Source of the DNA: Bacilli bacterium
Lineage (GTDB): Bacteria > Bacillota_I > Bacilli_A > RFN20 > CAG-288
Assembly (NCBI GenBank): GCA_017470005.1
Contig: JAFUFH010000080.1
Span: forward strand, 555-64,554
Length of the DNA stretch: 64,000 bases
Direction of reading: 5' to 3'
Shown here: positions 19,973 to 28,474 of the stretch, in pieces
Numbering within the stretch: position 1 is the first letter of the stretch
Layout: the number at the start of each line of letters is the position of its first letter
Notes under the pieces: generated by a model
Database searches by the model: none
What the model was told of the DNA's origin: nothing
The model's input: only the letters and a program-made list of their open reading frames with translations
Made by a program: the position numbers and the translations under genes

Positions 19973-20003
19973 GGGCGCAAAATGGCGCCCTTTTCCTTTT
20001 TTT
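19973..20003 (+). terminator. Rho-independent terminator closing the tRNA-distal transcript
   Basis: GGGCGC-AAAATG-GCGCCC followed by TTTTCCTTTTTTT. Confidence 0.7.
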
Positions 20004-20012
20004 GATTTAAAC

Positions 20013-20042
20013 AACACGAAAAATTTTCTTTTTTTCACGAAA
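20013..20042 (+). promoter_or_regulatory. LytTR-type direct-repeat pair upstream of paralogue P1
   Basis: AACACGAAA (20013-20021), 12 nt, TTCACGAAA (20034-20042). Same 21-nt register as the other three sites. Confidence 0.55.
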
Positions 20043-20098
20043 TGGCTTTTTTAAAACAAACATCCGATTGTTTTTAATTAAAAAAAGGAGAAAACAAA

Positions 20099-22330
20099 AT
20101 GAAGAAAAAAGTTTTAGGATTACTTTTACCTCTCGCAGTTAGTTGTATTACTGGTTGTGGCGAGAAAAAAGTCACTGTTTCTATTGCTTCCGAAACCAAA
20201 GAAGGCCCCATCGCTTTCGCAATGGAAGAATTAAAAACTGCTTTTGATCGCAACAACATCACTCTTGTCGAATCTGGTGCCGATTATGAAATCAGTTTTG
20301 CCGCTATTGACTCCACCTTAGGCGAACAAGCTTATGACGTCAAAGTAGATGGAACCAAAATCACCATCACTGGTGGCGATGAAACCGGCGCAATGTATGG
20401 CGGTTTACAAGTTGCTGAAAATATCAATCTTGATGATGGTATTGAAAATGTTCAAAACGCTAGCGGCAAACCCTACATCCAACATCGTGGTGTCCGTACT
20501 AGATTAGTTACCGATTTACGTACCCCCTGCTACATCAACAATGGTAATTCTGCATGGGCTAACGTCGAAAACTCTTGGGATATCAATTATTGGAATGATT
20601 TCTTTGCTCTTTTAGCCAGAAAACGTTACAACCTTGTCAACTTTGCTACCGTTAACGCCTTTGCCTCTATGATTAGAGTCCCTGGTTATGAAGCCTGCGC
20701 CCTTGAAGATGTTTGGAAATATACTGGCGAATATGATGATAACTATTATGGAAACGTCACCAACATCTATCAACCTCATCATTCCCAACCCGGTAATTAT
20801 GAAGTTATCAAGAAAATGACAATGGATCAAAAGATTGAACACTGGAAAGCAGTCTTTAAATCCGCTCACGATCACGGTATCAAAGTTCAATACGGTATGA
20901 TGAACATCTATGCCTTTGCTGAAATGGCATTTGCTCCTCAATACGGAATCACTGTAGACAATAGAGAAAACCAAGTTACCAAAGATTACCTCTCCAAAGG
21001 TATGGAAACTCTTCTCAAGACCTACAAAGACATCGATTATGTCTCTGTTGGCGAAGGTGAAAACATGGATTATCCTTCCGATACTGTCAACCAGACTCAC
21101 CAGTGGATCTATGATGTCTATGGCACCGCTTGTGAAAGAGCCTTAAAGGGCGATCCTAGAGAAAATAGCTTTATTCTTTATGGCGCTGGTTCTACTCCCG
21201 GTTCCTACATCGAAGAATTATGGAAAGACTTCCCTTATCAAAGAGGTGTTTCTCCTCGTTATTCCGATGTTCATATGTATGCAATCACTAATGGTAACCA
21301 GAACGATACTATCGAAGCCATCGATGAACACTCCTCTGGCATAAACGCTCTCGCTGAAGGTGTTAAAGTTCTCTTCAACACCCGTAACGAAGATGCTTAC
21401 CACTATACTTGGGGTGATCCTGATTTCTTAAGAGACTATTGCAGAAATATGAAACACGAAAGATCCAACGGTTTCTTTTTAGGTACTGATGGATATTACT
21501 TAGGCAAAGAATACGAATTCAAAGATGAATCCTTAAATGGTCAATTCTATTATGATCGTCATTGGGTCAACTACACTCTCTTTGGTAGATTCACCTATGA
21601 TCCTACCATCACCAACGAATATGTGGAAAAAATGGTGGTTGATCATTATGAAGATGAAGCGGATAAAGAAGTCATCCTCAAAGCTTATGAAACGATGAAG
21701 GCTGGTTCTCAGATGTTGATTCAAGTCCAGTGTCAATTCACTCTCCGTGGTACTGATGCTGCTTGGTATCCTGGAAACTGCCAATCTCATCCTACTATGG
21801 GCGGTTATGTCGGTGTTAGAAAGCTAGTTAACTCTGATAACGTCTTTGTCGGTGCTGAAGATAGATATATCTCCTTCGCCAATTATGCAAAAGCATTATT
21901 AAAGGGTGAAACTCCTACTCAACAAAATCCTTATCAAACCGCTGAAAAACTTGCTGAAATCAACACCAAAGTCACAAATCTCGTCAACGAATACAACGCC
22001 CTCTCCGGTAAGAAGAGCTCCGCTACTAACGAAATCATCAAAGATCAAGTCATCGTCGCCGCTCTTGCGAAATATTATTCTCATAAATTCAATGGTGGTA
22101 TGAACTTACGTCGTTACAATGACACTAAAGATACTTCCTTCCAAACCAAGAGTGTTGAAGATCATCAGAAAGCCTTAGAAGCCTGGAAAGAATATGCAAA
22201 ACTCTTCACTGATCGTTTCATCATTGAAAGACTTCCTAGAGTTGGTGTCGTTGATCCTAACGCATACACCGCCTCTGTCGAGAAAGATATTTCTATCGTG
22301 TCTAAATGGACGCCTAGAGAATATAAATAA
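20099..22330 (+). CDS. Surface lipoprotein, putative glycoside hydrolase (paralogue P1)
   Basis: Lipobox ITGC. The N-terminal module EQAYDVKVDGTKITITGGDETGAMYGGLQVAE resembles GH20b/GH67N-type alpha/beta domains and is followed by a large presumed barrel. Paralogous to 22883-25084 and 28475-30679. Confidence 0.6.
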   Translation: MKKKVLGLLLPLAVSCITGCGEKKVTVSIASETKEGPIAFAMEELKTAFDRNNITLVESGADYEISFAAIDSTLGEQAYDVKVDGTKITITGGDETGAMYGGLQVAENINLDDGIENVQNASGKPYIQHRGVRTRLVTDLRTPCYINNGNSAWANVENSWDINYWNDFFALLARKRYNLVNFATVNAFASMIRVPGYEACALEDVWKYTGEYDDNYYGNVTNIYQPHHSQPGNYEVIKKMTMDQKIEHWKAVFKSAHDHGIKVQYGMMNIYAFAEMAFAPQYGITVDNRENQVTKDYLSKGMETLLKTYKDIDYVSVGEGENMDYPSDTVNQTHQWIYDVYGTACERALKGDPRENSFILYGAGSTPGSYIEELWKDFPYQRGVSPRYSDVHMYAITNGNQNDTIEAIDEHSSGINALAEGVKVLFNTRNEDAYHYTWGDPDFLRDYCRNMKHERSNGFFLGTDGYYLGKEYEFKDESLNGQFYYDRHWVNYTLFGRFTYDPTITNEYVEKMVVDHYEDEADKEVILKAYETMKAGSQMLIQVQCQFTLRGTDAAWYPGNCQSHPTMGGYVGVRKLVNSDNVFVGAEDRYISFANYAKALLKGETPTQQNPYQTAEKLAEINTKVTNLVNEYNALSGKKSSATNEIIKDQVIVAALAKYYSHKFNGGMNLRRYNDTKDTSFQTKSVEDHQKALEAWKEYAKLFTDRFIIERLPRVGVVDPNAYTASVEKDISIVSKWTPREYK

Positions 22331-22386
22331 ACCTCCTTATTGGATTAGATGATCTTAACGCAGTAAAACAATCTAAAGAAGCAGGG

Positions 22387-22440
22387 GCTGTCCAAAAAGT
22401 AGATGCTAATTTCTTCTTTCGGACAGCTCTTTTCTGTTTT
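22387..22440 (+). terminator. Terminator after P1
   Basis: GCTGTCC...GGACAGC stem (22387-22427) followed by TCTTTTCTGTTTTTTTT. Confidence 0.6.
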
Positions 22441-22759
22441 TTTTGCCTTTTCGTTTGGTTGCGGCTTAGACCATGTTTTTCAATATTCTAAAGCTTCCAT
22501 CACAATCGGAAAAAGCATAGAAAATCACCGCAAAATGAGAATCCATATATAAAGAAGGCCTTCTTAAATCAAAATTCAAATCGGATACCGAAATGTATTT
22601 CTGGATGCCAGAACATGAAAGATGCTTCATGGAAGCAGCAAGTTTTTCCTCTTCCTTGGCGTTACCATTCAAGGAGCTAGAAAAACTAGATTATTATTGT
22701 TAAAACAAGCTGTAGTAAAAGACGGGCTCCAACCCATAGTTTTTTACAAGATATCTTGC

Positions 22760-22787
22760 CCCTGAACCGCTAATTCAGGGCTTTTTT
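22760..22787 (+). terminator. Orphan plus-strand intrinsic terminator in the P1/P2 spacer
   Basis: CCCTGAA-CCGCTAA-TTCAGGG followed by CTTTTTT. No convincing plus-strand gene lies upstream of it. Confidence 0.5.
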
Positions 22788-22824
22788 ATTCTTGTAAGAT
22801 AAGAGTTTAAGTTGAAACATTTGA

Positions 22825-22870
22825 AAGGGGCTATCCCTTTTCACACATTATGGTGGTTGGACAGCCCCTT
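22825..22870 (-). terminator. Hairpin after P2 (weak terminator)
   Basis: AAGGGGCT...AGCCCCTT stem with a roughly 30-nt loop. The A/T runs fall partly inside the stem. Confidence 0.4.
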
Positions 22871-22882
22871 TTATCTTTTAAA

Positions 22883-25084
22883 TTAATAGTCTCTAGGAGT
22901 CCACTTTTTAGCGATGGAGATATCTTTCTCTACATCTTTTGCAAATTCATTAGGATCGATGATACCATGACGTGCTAATCTTTCCACTTTGAAGCGGGAT
23001 AAGAATAATTTTGCATATTCTGCCCAAACATCTTTAGCAGTGGTTAAGTTAGCGACAGATTTATTCTGGTAAGAAGTATCTAAGGTGTCATTATAGATAC
23101 GTAAGTTCATAGCGGCATCAAATTTCTCCGCATAATATTTTGCTAAGAGAGCAAAGGAAGTTTGATCTAACATCTGTTGATCGAATTCTTTGTTTTTTGT
23201 AGCATCAATACCATTTCTTGCTTCAGCAACAGCAGCCTCTACTTGTGTAGCAAGCTCTCTTAAATCTTTTGCGACATCAAAGGGAGTTCTCTTTCCATCA
23301 GGGACACTTCCTTTTTCTTGTAAAATCTTTGCATAAGCGGCAAAGGAGATAACATCACCATCCGGATCGGCAGTATCATTATTGATGAATCTCTTGATAT
23401 CTAAGAAACCGAATAATGTAGGGTTAGAAGTGCACATTTCAGGTAAGAATGCAGCATCTGTTCCACCAGGAGAATAAGTGGAGATGACATTAGGTAAGAC
23501 TTTACCAGCGATATTCATCGCTCTCCAAGCTGCTTTAACATTAGCTTCAGGTAAATCTTCGTAATGATCTAAATAAAGTTTTTCCATCCAGTCATTGGTC
23601 AAATTAGGATTGTAAGAGAAACGACCAAACATGGTGAAGTTGACCCAATGTCTATCATAATAGAGTCTACCATTTAAGCTATCATCTACGAACTCAAATT
23701 CTTTACCACCGACATGATAACCATCGATGAAGAATTGGAATCCTCTAGATTTTTCGTGATACATATTTCTACAGAATTCTCTAGCAAAATCAGGATCACC
23801 CCAAGTATAGTGATATGCATCTTCCGCTCTTAAGTTATAGGAACACTTAAATCCTTCGGGGAAATTAGCCATATATTCGATATTGTCAGTGGGTTTGGTG
23901 ACAGAATAGAGACGAGTATCGTTATATCTCTTGTTGATTTGCATCTCATATGGAACATCTTTGAAATATTCATAGAAAGATGGATCAAAAGTGGTGTTTC
24001 CGACAGCAGCGAAGTTAAGCCAGAATTTTTTTGCTCTTTCTGGATCTTTTTTCATAACTTCATTACAAGCTTCACCATAGACGTCATATACCCATTGATA
24101 AGCATCTGCTTTAGTTTCATCAGTGTAGACGATATTTTCACCAACAGTGGCTTTTAAACCAGAGATTTGTGGGAAAGTTTCTAAGAGAGTGACATAAGCT
24201 TTCTTAAAATAATCTTTGGTGGTTTCATTATACATATCAGAGGTGATACTTGGATTTCCAAGCTCTTCACCAAAGGTATAGATAATCATGGTAGAGAATT
24301 CCCATTGAATACCATGATCTACACAAGATTGAATGACTTTTTTCCAGAATTCCGTCTTTTCTTGGATGGTCATTTTCTTGACTACTTCATAATTTTCTAA
24401 ATGTTCTTTACGGAACATATTCGTGCAATCCCCTTTATAGGAATCATCATAGTCACCCTTATATTTCCAAACATCATTTAAGGCGACATTCTCATATCCA
24501 GGAACTTGGATGATACTAGGTAAGGAGTTTACAGAGGAGAAAGAGAAAAGATTGTATCTCTTTCTTGCCATAGTGGCGAAAAGATCATCCCAATATTGTA
24601 AATCCCAAGTGGTCTCAATATTGTTTCTAGCAGAATCTGCATTATTGGTATAACCAGGTGTTCTTAAATCTAAAGAAGGTCTCATATTAAAACCGCGAAG
24701 GTCAATATAAGGTTTATCTTCAGAAGAGGTTACTCCTTTTATACCATTGCTGAGATTGATCTCTTCTGCGACTTGAAGAGCACCATACATCAAACCAGTG
24801 GAATCACCACCTTTGATGTTGATGTTTTTATCTGTGACTTCGACTTTGTAAGCTTGTTCTTGTAAAGAAGAATCTACACCATCAATAGTGATAGTATATT
24901 CTCCACCTTCTTCGACATATGCGAGATGATTTCTTTCTAATGCGGTCTTGATATCTCCAATAGCAAATTCAACAGGTTTTTCACTTCCTTCATAACGAAT
25001 GGAAACAGTTGTCTTTGGACTATTGCATCCCACTAAGCCTAAGATAGAGAAGGGAATGGATAAAAATAATAGTTTCTTGTTCAT
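22883..25084 (-). CDS. Surface lipoprotein, putative glycoside hydrolase (paralogue P2)
   Basis: Lipobox LVGC. Colinear with P1 throughout, for example KGGDSTGLMYGALQVAEEINL, AEDAYHYTWGDPDFAREFCRNM and KDISIAKKWTPRDY. Confidence 0.6.
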   Translation of the reverse strand: MNKKLLFLSIPFSILGLVGCNSPKTTVSIRYEGSEKPVEFAIGDIKTALERNHLAYVEEGGEYTITIDGVDSSLQEQAYKVEVTDKNINIKGGDSTGLMYGALQVAEEINLSNGIKGVTSSEDKPYIDLRGFNMRPSLDLRTPGYTNNADSARNNIETTWDLQYWDDLFATMARKRYNLFSFSSVNSLPSIIQVPGYENVALNDVWKYKGDYDDSYKGDCTNMFRKEHLENYEVVKKMTIQEKTEFWKKVIQSCVDHGIQWEFSTMIIYTFGEELGNPSITSDMYNETTKDYFKKAYVTLLETFPQISGLKATVGENIVYTDETKADAYQWVYDVYGEACNEVMKKDPERAKKFWLNFAAVGNTTFDPSFYEYFKDVPYEMQINKRYNDTRLYSVTKPTDNIEYMANFPEGFKCSYNLRAEDAYHYTWGDPDFAREFCRNMYHEKSRGFQFFIDGYHVGGKEFEFVDDSLNGRLYYDRHWVNFTMFGRFSYNPNLTNDWMEKLYLDHYEDLPEANVKAAWRAMNIAGKVLPNVISTYSPGGTDAAFLPEMCTSNPTLFGFLDIKRFINNDTADPDGDVISFAAYAKILQEKGSVPDGKRTPFDVAKDLRELATQVEAAVAEARNGIDATKNKEFDQQMLDQTSFALLAKYYAEKFDAAMNLRIYNDTLDTSYQNKSVANLTTAKDVWAEYAKLFLSRFKVERLARHGIIDPNEFAKDVEKDISIAKKWTPRDY

Positions 25085-25141
25085 AAAACAAATCTCCTTT
25101 CCCTTAATAAACGATTAAAGATAACAAAATAGAAAAGATTG

Positions 25142-25171
25142 TTGCGTGAAAACAATTATCTTTTTCGTGAA
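25142..25171 (-). promoter_or_regulatory. LytTR-type direct-repeat pair upstream of P2
   Basis: Minus strand reads TTCACGAAA (25163-25171), 12 nt, TTCACGCAA (25142-25150). Confidence 0.6.
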
Positions 25172-25260
25172 ATAGAAAATGCATAAATAATGCAATTGCA
25201 TTGCATATATTACTTAAGATAAAATTATTTAGGTTAAAAACATTAAATGCAAAGAGAATT

Positions 25261-25965
25261 ATGTATAGAATAGCAATCATTGAGGATAACAAGGAGGAGT
25301 TATCTAACTTGTTGAAACAAATCGAGAAATATAAGGAAGAAAAGAACGTCATTTTTGATGTGAAAACTTTTGAAAATGCCTATTATTTCATTCACGATTA
25401 TAAAAATGATTTCCATATAGTATTTATGGATATTGACCTTCCTGGAGTCAATGGTATGGATACCGCTAAGAAACTTCGTGAATTAGATCACAATGTCTCT
25501 TTAGTATTTGTTACAAATCTTGCTCAATATGCCATTAAAGGCTATGAAGTGGAAGCTTATGACTTTATTTTAAAACCTGCCACTTATGCAAGACTATCCT
25601 CTCTTTTAGATAAGCTTTTAATAAATATCGATAGTAAAGCTCCCAAATCTATCAATATCAAAACTACCACCGGATATACTAGATTGAATTTGGATGAAAT
25701 CATCTATGTCGCTGTAGAAGATCATTTGCTTTATTATCACACACAAGCAAAGAATTATGAGTGTTGGGATACTTTAAAGAATGTATCCACTATGTTAGAA
25801 GCTCCTCGTTTTACCCGTATTTCCAAATCGATTATTTTAAATCTTTCCTATGTAAAATCCTTGGAAGGAGATACTCTCATTCTCTTGAATGATGAAAAAG
25901 TTGTTATTGCTCATAAACTTCGTAATGGGATTCTTTCAGCATTGAATCAATACATGGCATTATGA
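25261..25965 (+). CDS. LytTR/AgrA-family response regulator
   Basis: Receiver domain (RIAIIEDN, FMDIDLPGVNG) plus a C-terminal LytTR DNA-binding domain (FTRISKSIILNLSYVKSLEG). Start set at MYRIAI (25261). Confidence 0.85.
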   Translation: MYRIAIIEDNKEELSNLLKQIEKYKEEKNVIFDVKTFENAYYFIHDYKNDFHIVFMDIDLPGVNGMDTAKKLRELDHNVSLVFVTNLAQYAIKGYEVEAYDFILKPATYARLSSLLDKLLINIDSKAPKSINIKTTTGYTRLNLDEIIYVAVEDHLLYYHTQAKNYECWDTLKNVSTMLEAPRFTRISKSIILNLSYVKSLEGDTLILLNDEKVVIAHKLRNGILSALNQYMAL

Positions 25966-27281
25966 GTGAATATCTAGGACAATTTTTAGATTATTTTCTA
26001 TATTCAGCAGAACTGTTTCTTAGCTCTGTTATATTAGGTTTTGTCTTTCATAAAAAGAATAAATATTCCGTGCTGATTTTGTTTTTATTCTTTTTAGGTT
26101 GCATTGTTCTATCTGCTATTTTAACTACTATATTTCTTGATTTATCTATAAATAATAGACCACTATATGACAGGTTAAATGTCATCGCATTTGCACTTTT
26201 GGCTGTTCCTTATATCGTTTATATTTTCCTTTTTTTGAAAACCACTATTTGGAATAAGGTTTTTATTTTTACGATGACACAGTTTACAAGAAATATCGTC
26301 AGAAAGATATATCTTTTAATCCGTGTCTTTGTTGGCCTTGCCATCAATGACAGTTCTTATTTCACTTATCGTGAAATTCCTAAGATTTGGTTATTGCTTT
26401 ATTATCCAATCTACATTGTGGTGGTGTTTTCATTAGCATATCTTGTTTATAAGACATTTAAGGAAAGTAGAGTTTTCCAAATGAACTTACAAATCGCTAC
26501 GGTATTTGTTGTTTTATTAGGTGTTAATTTCTTTATCTCTCCTGCACAAAAAGATTTAGGTGAGACAGATGTATACGCATATACTTGTTTATTAATTGCG
26601 GATTTAGGTTATTCCTTTGTCGCATTTTTCCTGATGTTTGCTCTAATACATTACAGCGAGAAGAAAATGGCTTCAAATATGCTAGAAAAGATGATGGAAG
26701 ATTCACAAAAAGAATATGCACTCATCAAAGAAAATGTCGATCTAATCAATTTAAAATGTCATGATTTACGTCATCAACTTCGCGCCGCTAATCTCTCTGG
26801 AAATATGGATGAACAATTCGTCAACGAAACTCTAAAAAGTATTGATATTTATGATTGTCAAACCAAGACAGGTAATGAGACATTAGATGTTATCTTGATG
26901 GATAGAAAATTGCATTGTGTTGCTAATAAGATTCAATTCACTGCAGTGGCAGATGGATCCCTTATCTCCTTTATGGATAATGAAGATATCATCTCTTTGT
27001 TCTCTAATATATTAGAGAATGCGACAAATTATGAAAACCGCATTAAAAATGAAGAGGAGAGATTTATCTCTCTCACTGTTAAGAAAAAACATGACTTTAT
27101 TTTGATTATAGAAGAAAATTCTTTATCTAAAGATCTCATTCCTGAAGTCAAAAAAGATAAGAATTATCACGGCTTTGGTCTTCTCTCTATTGAGTCAATC
27201 GCCAATAAATATGATGGAAATGTATCTATTGTAAATAATAATAGTACATATAAAATTTCTATTATTATTCCTGCGCGATAA
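25962..27281 (+). CDS. Membrane sensor histidine kinase (HPK10/AgrC-like GHKL)
   Basis: About 6 N-terminal TM helices, H-box KCHDLRHQL, N-box ILENATNYE and G-box HGFGLLSIESIANKYDG. Overlaps the regulator gene by 4 nt. Confidence 0.8.
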   Translation: MSEYLGQFLDYFLYSAELFLSSVILGFVFHKKNKYSVLILFLFFLGCIVLSAILTTIFLDLSINNRPLYDRLNVIAFALLAVPYIVYIFLFLKTTIWNKVFIFTMTQFTRNIVRKIYLLIRVFVGLAINDSSYFTYREIPKIWLLLYYPIYIVVVFSLAYLVYKTFKESRVFQMNLQIATVFVVLLGVNFFISPAQKDLGETDVYAYTCLLIADLGYSFVAFFLMFALIHYSEKKMASNMLEKMMEDSQKEYALIKENVDLINLKCHDLRHQLRAANLSGNMDEQFVNETLKSIDIYDCQTKTGNETLDVILMDRKLHCVANKIQFTAVADGSLISFMDNEDIISLFSNILENATNYENRIKNEEERFISLTVKKKHDFILIIEENSLSKDLIPEVKKDKNYHGFGLLSIESIANKYDGNVSIVNNNSTYKISIIIPAR

Positions 27282-27344
27282 ATATTATTGGAACAAATTT
27301 AAATAACAATCAAGAGTACTAATTTTAAGTGCTGGATTTTGATT

Positions 27345-27374
27345 TTCACGAAAAATAGACCAAACTTGGCGAAT
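27345..27374 (+). promoter_or_regulatory. LytTR-type repeat (one good half-site, one degenerate) upstream of the Thr-rich lipoprotein
   Basis: TTCACGAAA (27345-27353), 12 nt, TTGGCGAAT (27366-27374). The second half matches TTCACGAAA at 6 of 9 positions. Confidence 0.4.
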
Positions 27375-27458
27375 TAGGTATTCTCTTTCATTCATGCAGG
27401 CATTTACATTGAATTAAGAATGAATTATGCCCAAAATGGGCAAAGGAGGAAATCATTT

Positions 27459-28373
27459 ATGAAAAAAATATCATTCGCCTTATTACCTTTAGCGTTATTC
27501 GCAATGGTCTCTTGTGGCGGAACCCCTGCTTCCACTGGTAATCCTACCACTTCTGCTGGTACTACTACTGCTGGTGATGCAACTACTGTTGAAGCTACTA
27601 CTACTGAAGAAGTTACTCAAACCGTTTTTGAAAAACAGTATACTTTCTTCTCTTATGGCTCTACTGCTGAAGGTGAAGAACTCGACAACCTTTATGACAC
27701 CTTTGAAAAAGGCAAACATAAAGGCCCCAACTACATGCTTTACATCAACCTTTTAAAGGATGGTAACAAAGTTGAAGCTGGTCGTAAGACTATGTACTAC
27801 ACTGGTATTTTAGCCAACAAGTCTGCTTTCTCTACCGTTGGTACTTGGACTGTCGCTGATGGCGTCTACACCATCAACCTCGATGCTTTCACTTACAATG
27901 TTCAGGGTACTGGTGAATGGGAAAATGCCGCTAACACTCTCACCACTGCTGCTGATGGCACTGTCACTTGGACCTATGAAGGCTGCAAGAAAAATGAAGG
28001 TGGTGAACTTGTTGCTAACCCCTACGAAACTAAATTAATGGAAAAAGTTAACTTTGCTGGCGAATATAGCGGAACCTACTATTCTCTCACTGACATGGAA
28101 GCCACTGGTAAGAGAACCGATAACGTTATGGATTCCATGGAAGTTGTCGCTGTTGCTGATGGTACTTTCACTGTCACTGGTTCTGTAGAAGATTCTGGTA
28201 TCTCCTCTTTTACTGGTACTATCGATACCTTTGGTGTCTTCGTTGGTGAAACTCCTCGTTTAGGCGGCACTATGCAAGGCTTATTCTATACCGAAAAAGA
28301 TGGCAAACCACACTTCTATTTCAATCTGGAAGCCAGAGAAAGACAGTCCATCGCTTACGGTACTTCTATCTAA
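27459..28373 (+). CDS. Lipoprotein with a Thr-rich linker, unknown function (possible glycan-binding protein)
   Basis: Start MKKISF lies behind AAAGGAGGA. Lipobox MVSC, then a T/A-rich linker STGNPTTSAGTTTAGDATTVEATTTEE. Confidence 0.6.
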   Translation: MKKISFALLPLALFAMVSCGGTPASTGNPTTSAGTTTAGDATTVEATTTEEVTQTVFEKQYTFFSYGSTAEGEELDNLYDTFEKGKHKGPNYMLYINLLKDGNKVEAGRKTMYYTGILANKSAFSTVGTWTVADGVYTINLDAFTYNVQGTGEWENAANTLTTAADGTVTWTYEGCKKNEGGELVANPYETKLMEKVNFAGEYSGTYYSLTDMEATGKRTDNVMDSMEVVAVADGTFTVTGSVEDSGISSFTGTIDTFGVFVGETPRLGGTMQGLFYTEKDGKPHFYFNLEARERQSIAYGTSI

Positions 28374-28424
28374 GCTTTGGTAATTAAGGAAAAAAAGCGT
28401 ATTTAATAGCTAAATCCTCCTCTT

Positions 28425-28454
28425 GCTGGCTGATTTAATCAGCCAGCTTTTTTT
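28425..28454 (+). terminator. Strong intrinsic terminator 20 nt before the P3 start codon
   Basis: GCTGGCTGA-TTTAA-TCAGCCAGC followed by TTTTTTT. Confidence 0.75.
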
Positions 28455-28474
28455 ATAAAATAAAGGAGTTTAAA

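Noticed and set aside
22592-22702. 36-aa plus-strand ORF (MYFWMPEHERCFMEAASFSS...LDYYC), considered as an AgrD-like pheromone precursor for the LytTR system
   Set aside because: It has no RBS and there is no AgrB-like processing gene. It lies 2.5 kb from the two-component system, beyond an intervening convergent gene. This is speculation only.
25179-25208. ATGCAT/AATGCAATTGCATTGCAT palindromic cluster just upstream of the response-regulator gene
   Set aside because: It could be an operator. However, it is short, AT-rich and unique in the window, and I cannot separate it from promoter-region composition. It is not listed as a feature.
25104-25352. 82-aa minus-strand ORF in the P2/regulator intergenic region
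   Set aside because: It is an AT-rich, low-complexity translation that overlaps the regulator start and the promoter/operator region. It has no RBS.
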